This document shows positions 9,463 through 19,273 of a stretch of 64,000 bases of DNA, piece after piece. This DNA comes from a virus: IMG/VR virus record IMGVR_UViG_3300004481_000388, positions 1 to 64,000 of that record, one strand, 5' to 3'. The notes under the pieces were generated by a model, which was given only the letters and a program-made list of their open reading frames with translations, was not told the origin of the DNA and searched no databases. A program made the position numbers and the translations under genes. Each line of letters starts with the position of its first letter. The first letter of the stretch is position 1.

Positions 9463-9834
9463 CTAATACTTCATGAGTAGATCACTCTCACTAATCTTAC
9501 TTGCTAGATTGATGAGGAGATATACATCGTTTGTATTATAGAGGGAGGGTTCAGGAGCACGATCCCTGGTAAACTCCTTGCCAAGAAACCTAATACACAC
9601 TGCTAATGCACTACGAATGGCGCGGCCCTGTTCAGTTTGTGTCTGCCCTTCTCGGTAGTTTAGACACGTCACAGCCGCCTCTATTAACTCCTCAGTAGGC
9701 GTAAAGGGGTCATCATCTGGTGGCGTGGTAGCCAGAAGTGGAGTATCCTTTACAGAGGGTTCAGGTGGTTTCGTATCTTCAGGTGGTTTCGTATCTTCAG
9801 GGTCATTCTTAACTGTAATACTATTCTTAGCCAT
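9463..9834 (-). CDS. hypothetical protein with a duplicated EDTKPP repeat
   Basis: 123-aa ORF. SD GAGGAAATAA precedes ATG. Perfect 2x18-nt tandem repeat at 9763..9798. Confidence 0.6.
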   Translation of the reverse strand: MAKNSITVKNDPEDTKPPEDTKPPEPSVKDTPLLATTPPDDDPFTPTEELIEAAVTCLNYREGQTQTEQGRAIRSALAVCIRFLGKEFTRDRAPEPSLYNTNDVYLLINLASKISESDLLMKY

Positions 9835-9843
9835 TTATTTCCT

Positions 9844-9899
<56 letters not shown>

Positions 9900-10188
9900 C
9901 GTTAGTTAGTTAAAGAAGCAAGGAGTAGGGTGTTGTCAACGCTTTTCGCCACTCTCACCCCTTGCACGAGTGTCACGTACAGGAATCTCACAACCTATAC
10001 GTGAGAAAACTATCCACTAGCAATAACGTCAATATGGTCTTTTTTCTACTTCATACTTTTTGTCTCTGATCTATTTCTTACAAAAGACGAGACTAGAAGT
10101 TCCTTTCTAATTGATATAACTCCCTTAGGAGAAGCGTTTTTCCTGAGACGACTTCCCTCAGTTTATTACTCGTCACTCCCACCATCCT

Positions 10189-10617
10189 TCAACTTCTCCC
10201 TCTCAACCTCATCTCCCTCTCCTTCATCCTCTTAAGCACACTCTCCCTACCCCCACCCTTTCCCCCTAATCTCTCAATCAAACTCCTCATATACCAATTT
10301 TGCTTACTCGTAAAGTAGCACGTATCTCCATACTTCTCCCACTTCTCTACTACATCCTTCACAAACCCCCTGTCTCTATCCTCTAACCTATCATCCCCAC
10401 GTTCAAGTGCATCACATAAGAAACCTACTCTATCTCTCAAGTTTATAAGCACCCTTTCCTTACCCCCATCATGTCTCTTACTTCCTGCTTGTTTATTCCT
10501 AACGGTAGCCTTCTCTCTTTTCTTCTTATACTTATTGTTTATTATTGCTCTAGCTAAATGAGGCGCTAATTCTCCGATTGCTCTATATGCTTTATCGTTG
10601 TCAGTATAATTAGGCAT
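10189..10617 (-). CDS. hypothetical basic protein
   Basis: 142-aa ORF with SD GGGGAAGGAATG. Confidence 0.6.
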   Translation of the reverse strand: MPNYTDNDKAYRAIGELAPHLARAIINNKYKKKREKATVRNKQAGSKRHDGGKERVLINLRDRVGFLCDALERGDDRLEDRDRGFVKDVVEKWEKYGDTCYFTSKQNWYMRSLIERLGGKGGGRESVLKRMKEREMRLRGRS

Positions 10618-10639
10618 TCCTTCCCCTCGTTTTTTACAA

Positions 10640-10693
10640 GGGGGCTAGTCCTTCTCTCTCCCTCTTCTCTTTACCCTTAATAGACTAGCCCCC
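10640..10693. other. intergenic hairpin (11-bp perfect arms, 32-nt loop)
   Basis: GGGGGCTAGTC ... GACTAGCCCCC, between the ParB-like gene stop and the next start. Confidence 0.7.
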
Positions 10694-10718
10694 TCCTCTT
10701 TGGCGTGAATGGTTGTTA

Positions 10719-11954
10719 TTACGCTGCCGTCGCTTCTCCCTTCCCTTTAGGCGTAGGTTTCGCTGCCGCCTTCAACTCCTTCGCCTTCTCCTCCAATTTC
10801 TTCGCCTCCGCCATTCTCTTCTCCCGTGCCTCACGCTCCTTTTTCTTCGCAGCTTCTATCTTCTCCTGCTCCCGTTTTTTCGCCGCTAACTCCTTTTCCT
10901 TCTGCGCTTTCTTCGCCGCTAACTCCTTCTCCTTCTTCGCCTTCTCCTCGGCACGTTTCTTCTCCGCTTCTATCTTCTCCTTCTCTTTCGCCTTCGCCTC
11001 TGCCTCTTTCGCCTTTCTATCCTCCTCTTCCCTCTCCGCTACTGCTTCAGGTTCCACTAGATAGAGGAACGGATATTTCTCAACTATCTCCGCTCTCTCC
11101 TCCTTTGTCCCCACCTTACCCGCTAAGAACTTGAGAAGTGGCCGATACGCCTTACCCGTGTCTGGCGCTTCGATAAGGAAATTCAACTCGCTCTTACTCA
11201 ACGGGCGGAATCCCGGTATACTCTCCACCCCATCTCCTTGCTTCCCACCTTCCTTCGTCCCCGTGCTTCCACTCGTCACTCTATCACTCCCCGCCGCCGC
11301 CGCCTTTTCAAGTAAGTCGTTCAGCTTCTTGTCCTGCTTCTCGTGATTCGGCGTACCGTCCTTATTCTCAGTCGCCTTTACTATGTCAATAGCCTTTGTA
11401 CTACTGATCTTCTCATCCCGAATAGCCTGCACAAGCGTCGAACTACACCCAGTTAACTTGATGTAATCGGCGTACAACTGGCGACTACCAATATTAAACA
11501 CCTCCATCACCCGCTTAGCTGAACCGTGCGGGAGTTTCCCTGTTTCTCCATCACGTAAGAGTTCAAGGTAGTCCCGAATCTCGAACGCTACGTCAATCGG
11601 CGCTACCTGTTCTCTATCCGCATTCTCACTAATCTTCAACTCAGCCATTCCCAAGTAGTCAGTCGGCGGGATGTGGTAAACCTTAGCTACAAGACTGTCC
11701 AACACTCCCTCTGCCGCCTTCGTCCGTCGTCTCCCCGCCGCCACCAGATATGTTCCCTCTTCCGGCCCTGGCACAACGACTATATTTTGTAACTGTCCCT
11801 GCACCCGTAACTTCTCCGCGAGGTCAGCGTTACGTGGCTCTTTCACGCGACGATCCCACAGTGGGTGAGACGGGTCTTCCACAAGGATGAGTTGATCTAG
11901 TGGTATATCCAATATTTCTGTTTGATATTTGCCTGCTAGTTTTTCAATTTCCAT
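10719..11954 (-). CDS. ParB N-terminal-domain protein with a long K/E/A-rich repetitive C-terminal tail
   Basis: Part of ORF 10719..12032. ATG 11954 follows AAGGAAAGG. ParB box-like LVAAGRRRTKAAEG. Tail KEKELAAKKAQKEKELAAKK. Confidence 0.65.
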   Translation of the reverse strand: MEIEKLAGKYQTEILDIPLDQLILVEDPSHPLWDRRVKEPRNADLAEKLRVQGQLQNIVVVPGPEEGTYLVAAGRRRTKAAEGVLDSLVAKVYHIPPTDYLGMAELKISENADREQVAPIDVAFEIRDYLELLRDGETGKLPHGSAKRVMEVFNIGSRQLYADYIKLTGCSSTLVQAIRDEKISSTKAIDIVKATENKDGTPNHEKQDKKLNDLLEKAAAAGSDRVTSGSTGTKEGGKQGDGVESIPGFRPLSKSELNFLIEAPDTGKAYRPLLKFLAGKVGTKEERAEIVEKYPFLYLVEPEAVAEREEEDRKAKEAEAKAKEKEKIEAEKKRAEEKAKKEKELAAKKAQKEKELAAKKREQEKIEAAKKKEREAREKRMAEAKKLEEKAKELKAAAKPTPKGKGEATAA

Positions 11955-12011
11955 AATCTTACCTTTCCTTTTACCTTTCCTAATGTTTGTTACTATTCCC
12001 TTACTTGAATT

Positions 12012-12045
12012 GTAGGAGATACAACGTATCATTTGTATCTCCTAC
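12012..12045. other. intergenic hairpin (12-bp perfect arms)
   Basis: GTAGGAGATACA-acgtatcatt-TGTATCTCCTAC, upstream of the ParB-like gene. Confidence 0.7.
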
Positions 12046-12101
12046 GTTAATGATCTTCGCTATAGGGAGATGGGAGGGGGAGATACGATATAGGAGAGGA
12101 A

Positions 12102-12872
12102 CTATTTCCCCTTACCCTTCGCCTCTCCTCCCTCAGTAACAGGCTTGAAGTCCAGCACTACATTTCTCACGCTACTCTTCGCCGTTACCTTAATCTCCTT
12201 CACCACCTCACCTCCATCATCATCCTCCACCGTTACTCTAATCTTCATAGGCTTCTCCCACGACATCTTAGGCACGAGTTTCCCATCCTTCTCCTCCTTA
12301 GGCCAGTCACCACTACTCGTTCCCGTAATCCTCGCAGGCCCACCTTCAACAATCGCGTCATCGGTAATATTAACCGTCTGATCCCCAATCTTCGTATAGA
12401 ACGTAGCCTCGTAATCCACCGACACCCTACAAATAGCCCCGCTCCCACCAATGGTACGCTCTAAAGCCATACATTGATCCTTGTGAGTAACGCCCTTACT
12501 CTCATCACTCGCAACCACCTTACCCCCCAATGCCTTCACAATTCCCATCACCTTACTAGCACCATTCTTAAACAACATGGTAGAGACGTACCCCGAATCC
12601 AACTTCTTCGTATTCTCCTCACCCTCAATCACCTCACCACGAAGGAACGTAAACGCCCATCGCTTCTCTCCATTATCCGTCTTCTTTCTCCCCTCTCCCC
12701 AATGCTTCTTCGGTTGTTCCTCACGAAACTTCCACCGAGTAAGATACACACCAGGAGGAACGAGAGGTGGTGCTGGTGGGATAAACGCATTGGCCTCAGG
12801 GTCAGCCTTAGCCTCGTCCTCGTTCACAAAATTCTCTAAGTTATCAAGATCAAGAAATTTTTCTTCTGCCAT
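12102..12872 (-). CDS. hypothetical protein (possible ssDNA-binding role by position only)
   Basis: 256-aa ORF between the RecA-like and ParB-like genes. No motif recognised. Confidence 0.55.
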   Translation of the reverse strand: MAEEKFLDLDNLENFVNEDEAKADPEANAFIPPAPPLVPPGVYLTRWKFREEQPKKHWGEGRKKTDNGEKRWAFTFLRGEVIEGEENTKKLDSGYVSTMLFKNGASKVMGIVKALGGKVVASDESKGVTHKDQCMALERTIGGSGAICRVSVDYEATFYTKIGDQTVNITDDAIVEGGPARITGTSSGDWPKEEKDGKLVPKMSWEKPMKIRVTVEDDDGGEVVKEIKVTAKSSVRNVVLDFKPVTEGGEAKGKGK

Positions 12873-12968
12873 AATGTTACCTATTGTTACCTTTCAATTG
12901 TGCCCCCCGTTATAGTAGAGGCGGTTGTTGTTAGATGTGCCCCGTGACTAGGGCGAATTAGCGAAGTG

Positions 12969-12985
12969 TGTCAACTAAGTTTACG
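12969..12985 (-). repeat. 17-bp phage repeat, type A copy
   Basis: Minus strand CGTAAACTTAGTTGACA followed by CACTTC. Intergenic. Confidence 0.9.
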
Positions 12986-13093
12986 TATCACCCCCTTTGT
13001 AATACTTCCTTATAATCCACTTTGTACACAGGATGCTAGCTTCATAGATGATAATAGCTACTAACAAAATTAGTAGACTACTAACGAATGCCC

Positions 13094-14158
13094 TCACTTC
13101 TCACCCCCTTTCCCCCTCAACCTCTTCACCTTCTGCCTCATCCCCTCCACCCCGCTCCTCCCATACTTATCCTGATGCTCCAAGTAATCCTTAATACTCT
13201 TCCCCGCGAACTCCCCATGTTGATAGTACCCTTCCTTGTACATGTCGAACCACGTCCTCAACGCCTCTCCGTCTAATCGTGGCTTAGCAAACCAGTTAAC
13301 ATTAGGCGTCTCGGTGGGGTGTGGGGTGAAGTACATACGAAACTCTAACTTCTCCTGCGGCGTACCCTCTCCACTAACGTGCGAGGTAAGGTGAAATATT
13401 TCGCCCACAGCAGCGGGCGTATCCTTAATCAACGCCTTCCCTGCCGTAGCTGGGCCATAGATCGTAGCCCCTTCCTGATCCTCGCCCCTACTCTCTCTCG
13501 CTGTTATCAACCCTCGTGGTACTGGTAGGTTCGATAGGTCAGTAAACGTCTGTCTCGCTATGAACTGTGCTATAGTATAGTTCCCCCTCGTATAATTCGC
13601 AATCGTCTCGCCGTATGTCTTGAACCTCATCCCCCCGTCCTTCGGATCACCTGTTAAGTGCTTCCCTGTCCTCGACACTTCCTGCATGACTAAGTTACAT
13701 AGCGACGTGATACTATCCACCACGTACGCCCCCACCTCTTCCTCATCCTCATGAGAAAAGGGTAGCCATATAATCTCCCCTCCTCGTTCCCTCGGCCACA
13801 ACCCCCTCATCAGCTTACTCGCCATCGCCATCGCACTCTCCCCCTGCCCTACATATACCACGTCTATCAACCCGGCTTCCCGTGCATTCTCAACCGCCAC
13901 CGCTCCCCCTTCATCGCACGATATGTACCTAGTAATCTTCCCATACCTTTCTAGAATATAATCACAAAACTGTAACGCCTCCCACGTCTTCAACGCACCA
14001 CTAGGCCCATATAACATACTCCAATGCGCTTTCGAGTTACGTGGGATGTAGAGTTGCTTCTTCCCTACCCCCTCTCCCTCACTCGTTGTCTCTGTGGTAG
14101 TCTCGCCACCTCCTGTTACTTCCAACTTTAAATCATCGGCTGACAGTTTAATTGCCAA
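13094..14158 (-). CDS. RecA-like / AAA-type NTPase (Sak4-like recombination ATPase candidate)
   Basis: Walker A-like YGPSGALKT, Walker B-like AYVVDSITS. Lies in the replication-recombination module. Confidence 0.45.
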   Translation of the reverse strand: MAIKLSADDLKLEVTGGGETTTETTSEGEGVGKKQLYIPRNSKAHWSMLYGPSGALKTWEALQFCDYILERYGKITRYISCDEGGAVAVENAREAGLIDVVYVGQGESAMAMASKLMRGLWPRERGGEIIWLPFSHEDEEEVGAYVVDSITSLCNLVMQEVSRTGKHLTGDPKDGGMRFKTYGETIANYTRGNYTIAQFIARQTFTDLSNLPVPRGLITARESRGEDQEGATIYGPATAGKALIKDTPAAVGEIFHLTSHVSGEGTPQEKLEFRMYFTPHPTETPNVNWFAKPRLDGEALRTWFDMYKEGYYQHGEFAGKSIKDYLEHQDKYGRSGVEGMRQKVKRLRGKGGEK

Positions 14159-14633
14159 AGCTGCCTCCTTTCAAACCTAGCTTGTTTTGTGTTTTAGGTG
14201 AGGTGCTTAATGTTCTTTCTACACTCCAACCTGCTTTTATTCTATTGTGAATTATGTAGTCGGGTAGAGTTAATTCCTCTGCCCAAGCTGCCATACATTG
14301 AGTCTTGTTGTTAAAGGTAAGCAAAGTATTGTTACTACGATTCCTAGCCTGCTCCTGCTTAGTAGCCCATCTACAGTTTTCCTTACTATAATCTTTGGTA
14401 GTGTCTCTTCTATCCAAGGTATGATTTATAGAAGGTCTATCTCCCATATCTATGTGGAAATTAGCAAACTTATGCCACCTCTTACATACTCTAATACCTT
14501 TGGCCCCATAATAAGGGTAAGAGGTAGAATTTGGGTTGTAACATCTCATCATCATAGTATTCCAGCTACAATACTCTATAGTTCTACTCTTACCGTGAGT
14601 AGTAGCCGCTTGCCTCTTATTACTAATTGCCAT
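14148..14633 (-). CDS. homing-endonuclease-like DNA-binding protein (HNH/AP2-type block), paralog of 15307..16026
   Basis: HTLDRRDTTKDYSKENCRWATKQEQARN plus one KTQCMAAWAEEL helix-turn-helix repeat. Confidence 0.6.
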   Translation of the reverse strand: MAISNKRQAATTHGKSRTIEYCSWNTMMMRCYNPNSTSYPYYGAKGIRVCKRWHKFANFHIDMGDRPSINHTLDRRDTTKDYSKENCRWATKQEQARNRSNNTLLTFNNKTQCMAAWAEELTLPDYIIHNRIKAGWSVERTLSTSPKTQNKLGLKGGSFGN

Positions 14634-15069
14634 CTCTCTTAACTCCTTTCATATTATCAATGTCATCTAACATAAAACTCCTTGGAGTGGGGAGGATAGG
14701 CGTGGGGAGGATAAGTGGCGGCTTCTGTGCTTTTGATGTTTGAGAAGTGTCAACTAAGTTTACACCTCCCTCTCCCCCCTCTCCACTATCATCATCCTCA
14801 CTAAACTGTATCTCCGCAATATTTCCACTCTCGTCCGTCTCCACAATAGGGTTATTTCCTCTCATCACGCTCAAGAGGGAATGTCCACTTATCTGCGCTG
14901 CTGATAGCCCACCGTACTCACTTCTACACTCCTCGTCGCTAGGGTCTGAGGTATAGTGAACGATGATAATAGGCACGCCCATCTCTCGCATAAGGGAGAG
15001 AGTAGGGTGGGCACCTATACGTGAGTCGTCTAGGGGGATGTCCTCTAGGGTTATTGTTACTTTTGGCAT
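14623..15069 (-). CDS. hypothetical acidic protein; carries an in-frame copy of the 17-bp repeat
   Basis: Part of ORF 14623..15090. ATG 15069 follows GGAGGAG. Contains GGVNLVDTSQ. Confidence 0.55.
   Translation of the reverse strand: MPKVTITLEDIPLDDSRIGAHPTLSLMREMGVPIIIVHYTSDPSDEECRSEYGGLSAAQISGHSLLSVMRGNNPIVETDESGNIAEIQFSEDDDSGEGGEGGVNLVDTSQTSKAQKPPLILPTPILPTPRSFMLDDIDNMKGVKRDGN
14749..14765 (-). repeat. 17-bp phage repeat, type A copy, inside a CDS
   Basis: Minus strand TGTAAACTTAGTTGACA followed by CTTC. Translated as VNLVDT. Confidence 0.9.
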
Positions 15070-15070
15070 A

Positions 15071-15310
15071 CTAATCCCACTCCTCCTCATTAGCTACTTT
15101 TTGTGCCATAAACACCACCACAGCCCTCTCCTCCTTACTCAACCTAGCCCACTGATTCACCACCTGATAAGGTACGTAATTGCGCCAGTCGTGCACCATA
15201 CCAGCATTATCAAATTCAGGGTTGTCTAGGTCTACGTTTGGGGGAGGGTTACGAATAGTATTTAGTTCGTGCTCTATTACCTCTTCAGGCGTCATTTTGA
15301 TTATATTCAT
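15071..15310 (-). CDS. hypothetical protein
   Basis: 79-aa ORF, start overlaps the upstream gene end. Confidence 0.55.
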   Translation of the reverse strand: MNIIKMTPEEVIEHELNTIRNPPPNVDLDNPEFDNAGMVHDWRNYVPYQVVNQWARLSKEERAVVVFMAQKVANEEEWD

Positions 15311-16026
15311 ATCTTACTCCTCCTTCTTGGTTTAGTTAAAGCATCTTCTATTGACCAACCTAAACGTAGGCGATCTCTTATTATACTCACAGTTAAGTTA
15401 ACCTCCTTTGCCCACTCGCTTATATGTTTAGTTTCTCCTTTATACTTTAAATAGGTAGCATTATCTTTATTGAGATGTCCCTTGCCATTATCAAAGTTAA
15501 ATACATCTTCCAACACCCAGCCTGCATCTATACGCCTAGATATGGTATAAGATGGTATACCTGTTTCCTCTGCCCAAGCTGTTATAGATTGAGTCTTATT
15601 CCTATATGTCACTAGCCTCTTACTAGGCCTAACAGGAATAGTTAGTGCCTTAGCTACAGACATTTTCTTCAGTCTGCTATGTATTACAGCAGCACTTACC
15701 CCCAACTCCTCTGCCCAAGCTGCTACACATTGAGTCTTACCCTTGAATTTGAGTATTCTATTTGTAGATGTATTCCTAGCCTGCTCTATCTTAGTAGCCC
15801 ACCTAACATTCTCCTTATAGTACCCTTTGTTGTTATCTACCCTATCAAGTGAGTGCTTAGGAGAAGGAGGATCACCTACGTCTTTGTAAAATGTATTAAA
15901 ATCTAACCACTCCTCACATAGCATGCCTTTATATCTTTGATAGGCTTCGTGGTTAGGATTAAGGCAGCGTCTCTTTAGCCCTTCCCATATATGGTATATC
16001 CTGCTATTACTTAGACCGTGCTTCAT
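15307..16026 (-). CDS. homing-endonuclease-like protein (HNH/AP2-type block plus three HTH repeats)
   Basis: HSLDRVDNNKGYYKENVRWATKIEQARN, then three repeats: KTQCVAAWAEELG, KTQSITAWAEETG, ETKHISEWAKEVN. Confidence 0.65.
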   Translation of the reverse strand: MKHGLSNSRIYHIWEGLKRRCLNPNHEAYQRYKGMLCEEWLDFNTFYKDVGDPPSPKHSLDRVDNNKGYYKENVRWATKIEQARNTSTNRILKFKGKTQCVAAWAEELGVSAAVIHSRLKKMSVAKALTIPVRPSKRLVTYRNKTQSITAWAEETGIPSYTISRRIDAGWVLEDVFNFDNGKGHLNKDNATYLKYKGETKHISEWAKEVNLTVSIIRDRLRLGWSIEDALTKPRRRSKI

Positions 16027-17561
16027 TACTCTCTCCTGATTATCTGTACTAACTCAGCTTCCGCCTCATGATGGGGGATTCGAGGTTTGAATTCAAACTC
16101 AAGCATATTATCACGATAAGTAGAAGAGTTCCAGTCCTGATTAAAAAATACGCATTTGCTTGGGTAACTACAGCTATGCTCATACTGCGGGAATACTCGG
16201 TCTAAATATTTCTCTAGCTCACTTATACTCTTACCTTTGTATTGGTAAGGCTTAAAGGCATCTATTCCTATATTGGTATAGAGGTTATATTTCTGCCTCG
16301 CCCAACTCCTCAACCTCCCCTGATCCCTCCTGAACGGTGGCGCGTTCACAATAAACTCATCCAGCGCACATCCACCATCCTCCCCCACATCACTCTTCAC
16401 CGCGTTAACGAACGCCTCCACTGTCACGCCCTCAAGTTCCCATATATTCGTCCTCTTATACTTCGGCCCTAACTTCCCACTCGAACCATCTGGCTTCGTA
16501 TAGTTATAGTTCATAGCAAACTCCATCCCCCCATTCGCGTCCCTCTTCACATACGGGCGAATGAGGGAACACGACTGCTCCTTCACCCCTGTCTGATTGT
16601 TCTTCCTCCTCTCCCCCTTTATGAGAAAGATCATCTGCACCCCGGCGATTTGCCAGCACGCGTCCTTGCCTAACTTATTATACCTATCCTTAAACCATCC
16701 AGGGATACTATGATACTCACTATCTTCAGGAATAGTATTTTGCCACTCTCTGAAGTAACACGCACATAACTCTGCCCACCACCTCAATCTCTCCTGCACA
16801 CTACACACCTCACTCATCCCCTGCATGTCACTCTCCCCCGCACTGATCTTCCTCCCCTCCCACTCCGCTGCCGTCTTCCACGATAGTACGAACAAGTCAC
16901 CTGTTAGTCGCTGCTCAAGGAGTCCATCAAGTCTCGCCATCCAACCTATCTCATCCCCTCCTTCCCCACTATGCCACCCCACATCCTTTGGTATCTGCGC
17001 CATCTCCCCTAAACTCTCCAACTCCTCCCTCTCCACCTCCCTCACTTCATATTCCTCCAACAACCACGCCAACCCCTTATCACTCACATAATAGGCCCTC
17101 AGTAGCGCCTCCACTAACGCCATCTGCTCCTTCACCGTGTAATCAACCCAATAATCCCCACCTCTCGCCACCTCACTCCCACCATCCACATCAGGGAGAA
17201 AGGAGTAGTCCTGCCCGTCATTCGCGCCTTGATTAGCGCCTGAAGTGTCAACTAAGTTTACATCCTCTTGTTTGGGGGAGAGTCCTATCTCCTCAAGATC
17301 AAACTGGCTCTTCCCCACTTCCTCAACAAAACGTGCAAGTGCCTTCTCCACACATATACCTATAGGCTCGCCCTTGAGCATGTGTTCCAACCCCTCATGC
17401 ACACACGTACCTACTAACAGAGGCCACGATATGTACTCACTACTTACACCTCCCCCCTCGTGTAAGTAGGAGTAGTAGAACTTTCTAGGACATCTCTGTA
17501 ATGTCTCTGTTCTACTCCTGTCAACAAGTATCTGAAAATCTGTTGGCTTATATCTACTCAT
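16026..17561 (-). CDS. PD-(D/E)XK (RecB/Cas4-like) nuclease with a low-complexity insertion carrying the 17-bp repeat
   Basis: N-terminal CPRKFYYSY and VGTCVHEGLEH, core RLDGL...FVLSWKT, C-terminal Cys pair CSYPSKC. Confidence 0.6.
   Translation of the reverse strand: MSRYKPTDFQILVDRSRTETLQRCPRKFYYSYLHEGGGVSSEYISWPLLVGTCVHEGLEHMLKGEPIGICVEKALARFVEEVGKSQFDLEEIGLSPKQEDVNLVDTSGANQGANDGQDYSFLPDVDGGSEVARGGDYWVDYTVKEQMALVEALLRAYYVSDKGLAWLLEEYEVREVEREELESLGEMAQIPKDVGWHSGEGGDEIGWMARLDGLLEQRLTGDLFVLSWKTAAEWEGRKISAGESDMQGMSEVCSVQERLRWWAELCACYFREWQNTIPEDSEYHSIPGWFKDRYNKLGKDACWQIAGVQMIFLIKGERRKNNQTGVKEQSCSLIRPYVKRDANGGMEFAMNYNYTKPDGSSGKLGPKYKRTNIWELEGVTVEAFVNAVKSDVGEDGGCALDEFIVNAPPFRRDQGRLRSWARQKYNLYTNIGIDAFKPYQYKGKSISELEKYLDRVFPQYEHSCSYPSKCVFFNQDWNSSTYRDNMLEFEFKPRIPHHEAEAELVQIIRRE
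17246..17262 (-). repeat. 17-bp phage repeat, type A copy, inside a CDS
   Basis: Minus strand TGTAAACTTAGTTGACA followed by CTTC. Translated as VNLVDT in the nuclease. Confidence 0.9.
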
Positions 17562-17576
17562 TATAACCTCCTATAC

Positions 17577-17870
17577 TCATAAGTATTTTTGCAGCACAGA
17601 GAAGTGCGCTTTCGGGATTTCTCTGACGTTGTAGACTTTGATTGCCCGACAAGAATCAAACCAATATGATCCATCTTCTTCTTTACCCCAAGGCTCAGGC
17701 TTATCCAAGTCACCATCTGGACTACTCTCCCCCAATGGCGCATTCCAAATAGACGCCTGATACTCTGCCTCCTTTTGTGCCTCATCTAAAGTCTCTTCAA
17801 CAGCAAGTGCTAAGTGGTAATACTCAACCTCACCGTTGACTTCTAGTAGCGTTATTAACCAATAGCGCAT
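17577..17870 (-). CDS. hypothetical protein
   Basis: 97-aa ORF. The alternative-frame ORF 17561..17785 is less gene-like. Confidence 0.55.
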   Translation of the reverse strand: MRYWLITLLEVNGEVEYYHLALAVEETLDEAQKEAEYQASIWNAPLGESSPDGDLDKPEPWGKEEDGSYWFDSCRAIKVYNVREIPKAHFSVLQKYL

Positions 17871-17914
17871 ATAAGTAATTCCTTTCTAACGTACTTATCC
17901 ATACGCCCTGCACA

Positions 17915-17952
17915 AACAAATAAGAGAACGGGGGGAGTACCATTACTCCCCC
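17915..17952 (-). terminator. candidate intrinsic terminator
   Basis: GGGGGAGTA-loop-TACTCCCCC (9-bp GC-rich stem, 4-nt loop), followed on the minus strand by CGTTCTCTTATTTGTTT. Confidence 0.4.
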
Positions 17953-18142
17953 TCGCTCCGTCTCTTGCTTTAGCTTCTTAAACCGCAGTGCCCAACTTGT
18001 TAGATAAGCACTCAAACTTGTGAATTGTATGGTAGGTGTGGTAGCTCAAAGACTACCGATTAAACTCCTTGTTCAACTCTTCCCACTCTCTCACAATGGG
18101 TAAGGAGTGGGAACCATTCTTTGTCGTTCGTTCTGGAAGGAA

Positions 18143-18355
18143 TTATACCATAAGTATTTCACCTTCACAACGTTCAATTCTCATCTCATCACGTAATTTC
18201 TCAACCTCCTCTCTCACCTTAGTACAATCATTCCATCCATCTACCATCTTAGCCTCCTCAAACAACCGATTAACCCACTCCTCATCTGTCCGTAAGCTAC
18301 TAAACTTTTTACTAAAGTAGTTATTAACTACTTTATCGCTGTAATGATGTGACAT
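18143..18355 (-). CDS. hypothetical protein
   Basis: 70-aa ORF, 27 nt downstream of a repeat copy. Confidence 0.55.
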   Translation of the reverse strand: MSHHYSDKVVNNYFSKKFSSLRTDEEWVNRLFEEAKMVDGWNDCTKVREEVEKLRDEMRIERCEGEILMV

Positions 18356-18382
18356 ACTTTCTCCTCTTTGTTATGTGTTATA

Positions 18383-18415
18383 TATCAACTAAGTTTACGC
18401 CTTTAAGTTTACGCC
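18383..18415 (-). repeat. 17-bp phage repeat, type A copy, with a duplicated GTAAAC half
   Basis: Plus strand TATCAACTAAGTTTACGCC-TTT-AAGTTTACGCC. Confidence 0.85.
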
Positions 18416-18424
18416 TTCCCTCTC

Positions 18425-19273
18425 TTACTCCCACTCCCTCACTATCCCCTCATTCCTCTCCACTCTACCCACTTCCCACGGGATAAGTTCGAGTACGCGT
18501 TCTTGCTCACTACGAGCGGTAGGCCACATTCCTTCACGTACTAATACTGCACCATTCCAAACACGCCTAGCTACCTCAATCCACACCCCCTTCACCTTTC
18601 CACCAGCCTCCCCACGGTTGAATATCTGCCTCACATACAGACTCCCTCCTCGTGCCATCACCGTATCCTTCACGCTCTTCACGTTATCCTTTCCTTGAAA
18701 GTACGCACTAACTACCTCGTGTAACGTACGTAGGGTAGGAAAGTCGTTTGTCTCGAAGTCTATATAACTCTGTCGTATCACCTGTAGTATATCCTTCCAC
18801 GCATTAGTTCGTGCTAGTTCTATCACTTCAGGAATAGTAGAAAATGATGGGTGTTTGGATAGTTCGATCAACTCCCCCATGCTCACACTCCACTCCATCC
18901 TAACAATCATCTCCCCACCATCCCACACTACTCCCTTAAAGCGTTTTCGTAGTGCCTGGATAATGTGGTGATACACAGGGATTATACTTACCCGTTTCCT
19001 ATTCTCATTCACCAATTCCCCTAGACTCTTCCCTTTCTCCACCGTCATAGGTACGGAGAGTAGGTGGAACTCTATGGGGAAAGTGAGGATTAACGAATAG
19101 AGGGCGAGTTGATCCCTCTGTTGTATGGCGTCTTGTGTGAGCGCGAATATATGCTTCCTTTGCTCATCACTTGTATGTATGTGATGAATAAGGGGCGTAA
19201 GTTGGGGGTGGTGGAGGGAGTCACGAAGAGGGGGATTGGTAGTATGCTCACATTTATCGAATGATACTTTCAT
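18425..19273 (-). CDS. hypothetical protein
   Basis: 282-aa ORF in the operon. No motif recognised. Confidence 0.6.
   Translation of the reverse strand: MKVSFDKCEHTTNPPLRDSLHHPQLTPLIHHIHTSDEQRKHIFALTQDAIQQRDQLALYSLILTFPIEFHLLSVPMTVEKGKSLGELVNENRKRVSIIPVYHHIIQALRKRFKGVVWDGGEMIVRMEWSVSMGELIELSKHPSFSTIPEVIELARTNAWKDILQVIRQSYIDFETNDFPTLRTLHEVVSAYFQGKDNVKSVKDTVMARGGSLYVRQIFNRGEAGGKVKGVWIEVARRVWNGAVLVREGMWPTARSEQERVLELIPWEVGRVERNEGIVREWE

Noticed and set aside
17561-17785. Alternative-frame ORFs overlapping better candidates (17561..17785, 17830..18015, 23341..23529, 12245..12451)
   Set aside because: Each overlaps a same-strand ORF that has operon-style start/stop coupling or an RBS. The products are R/G-rich, typical of off-frame translation.
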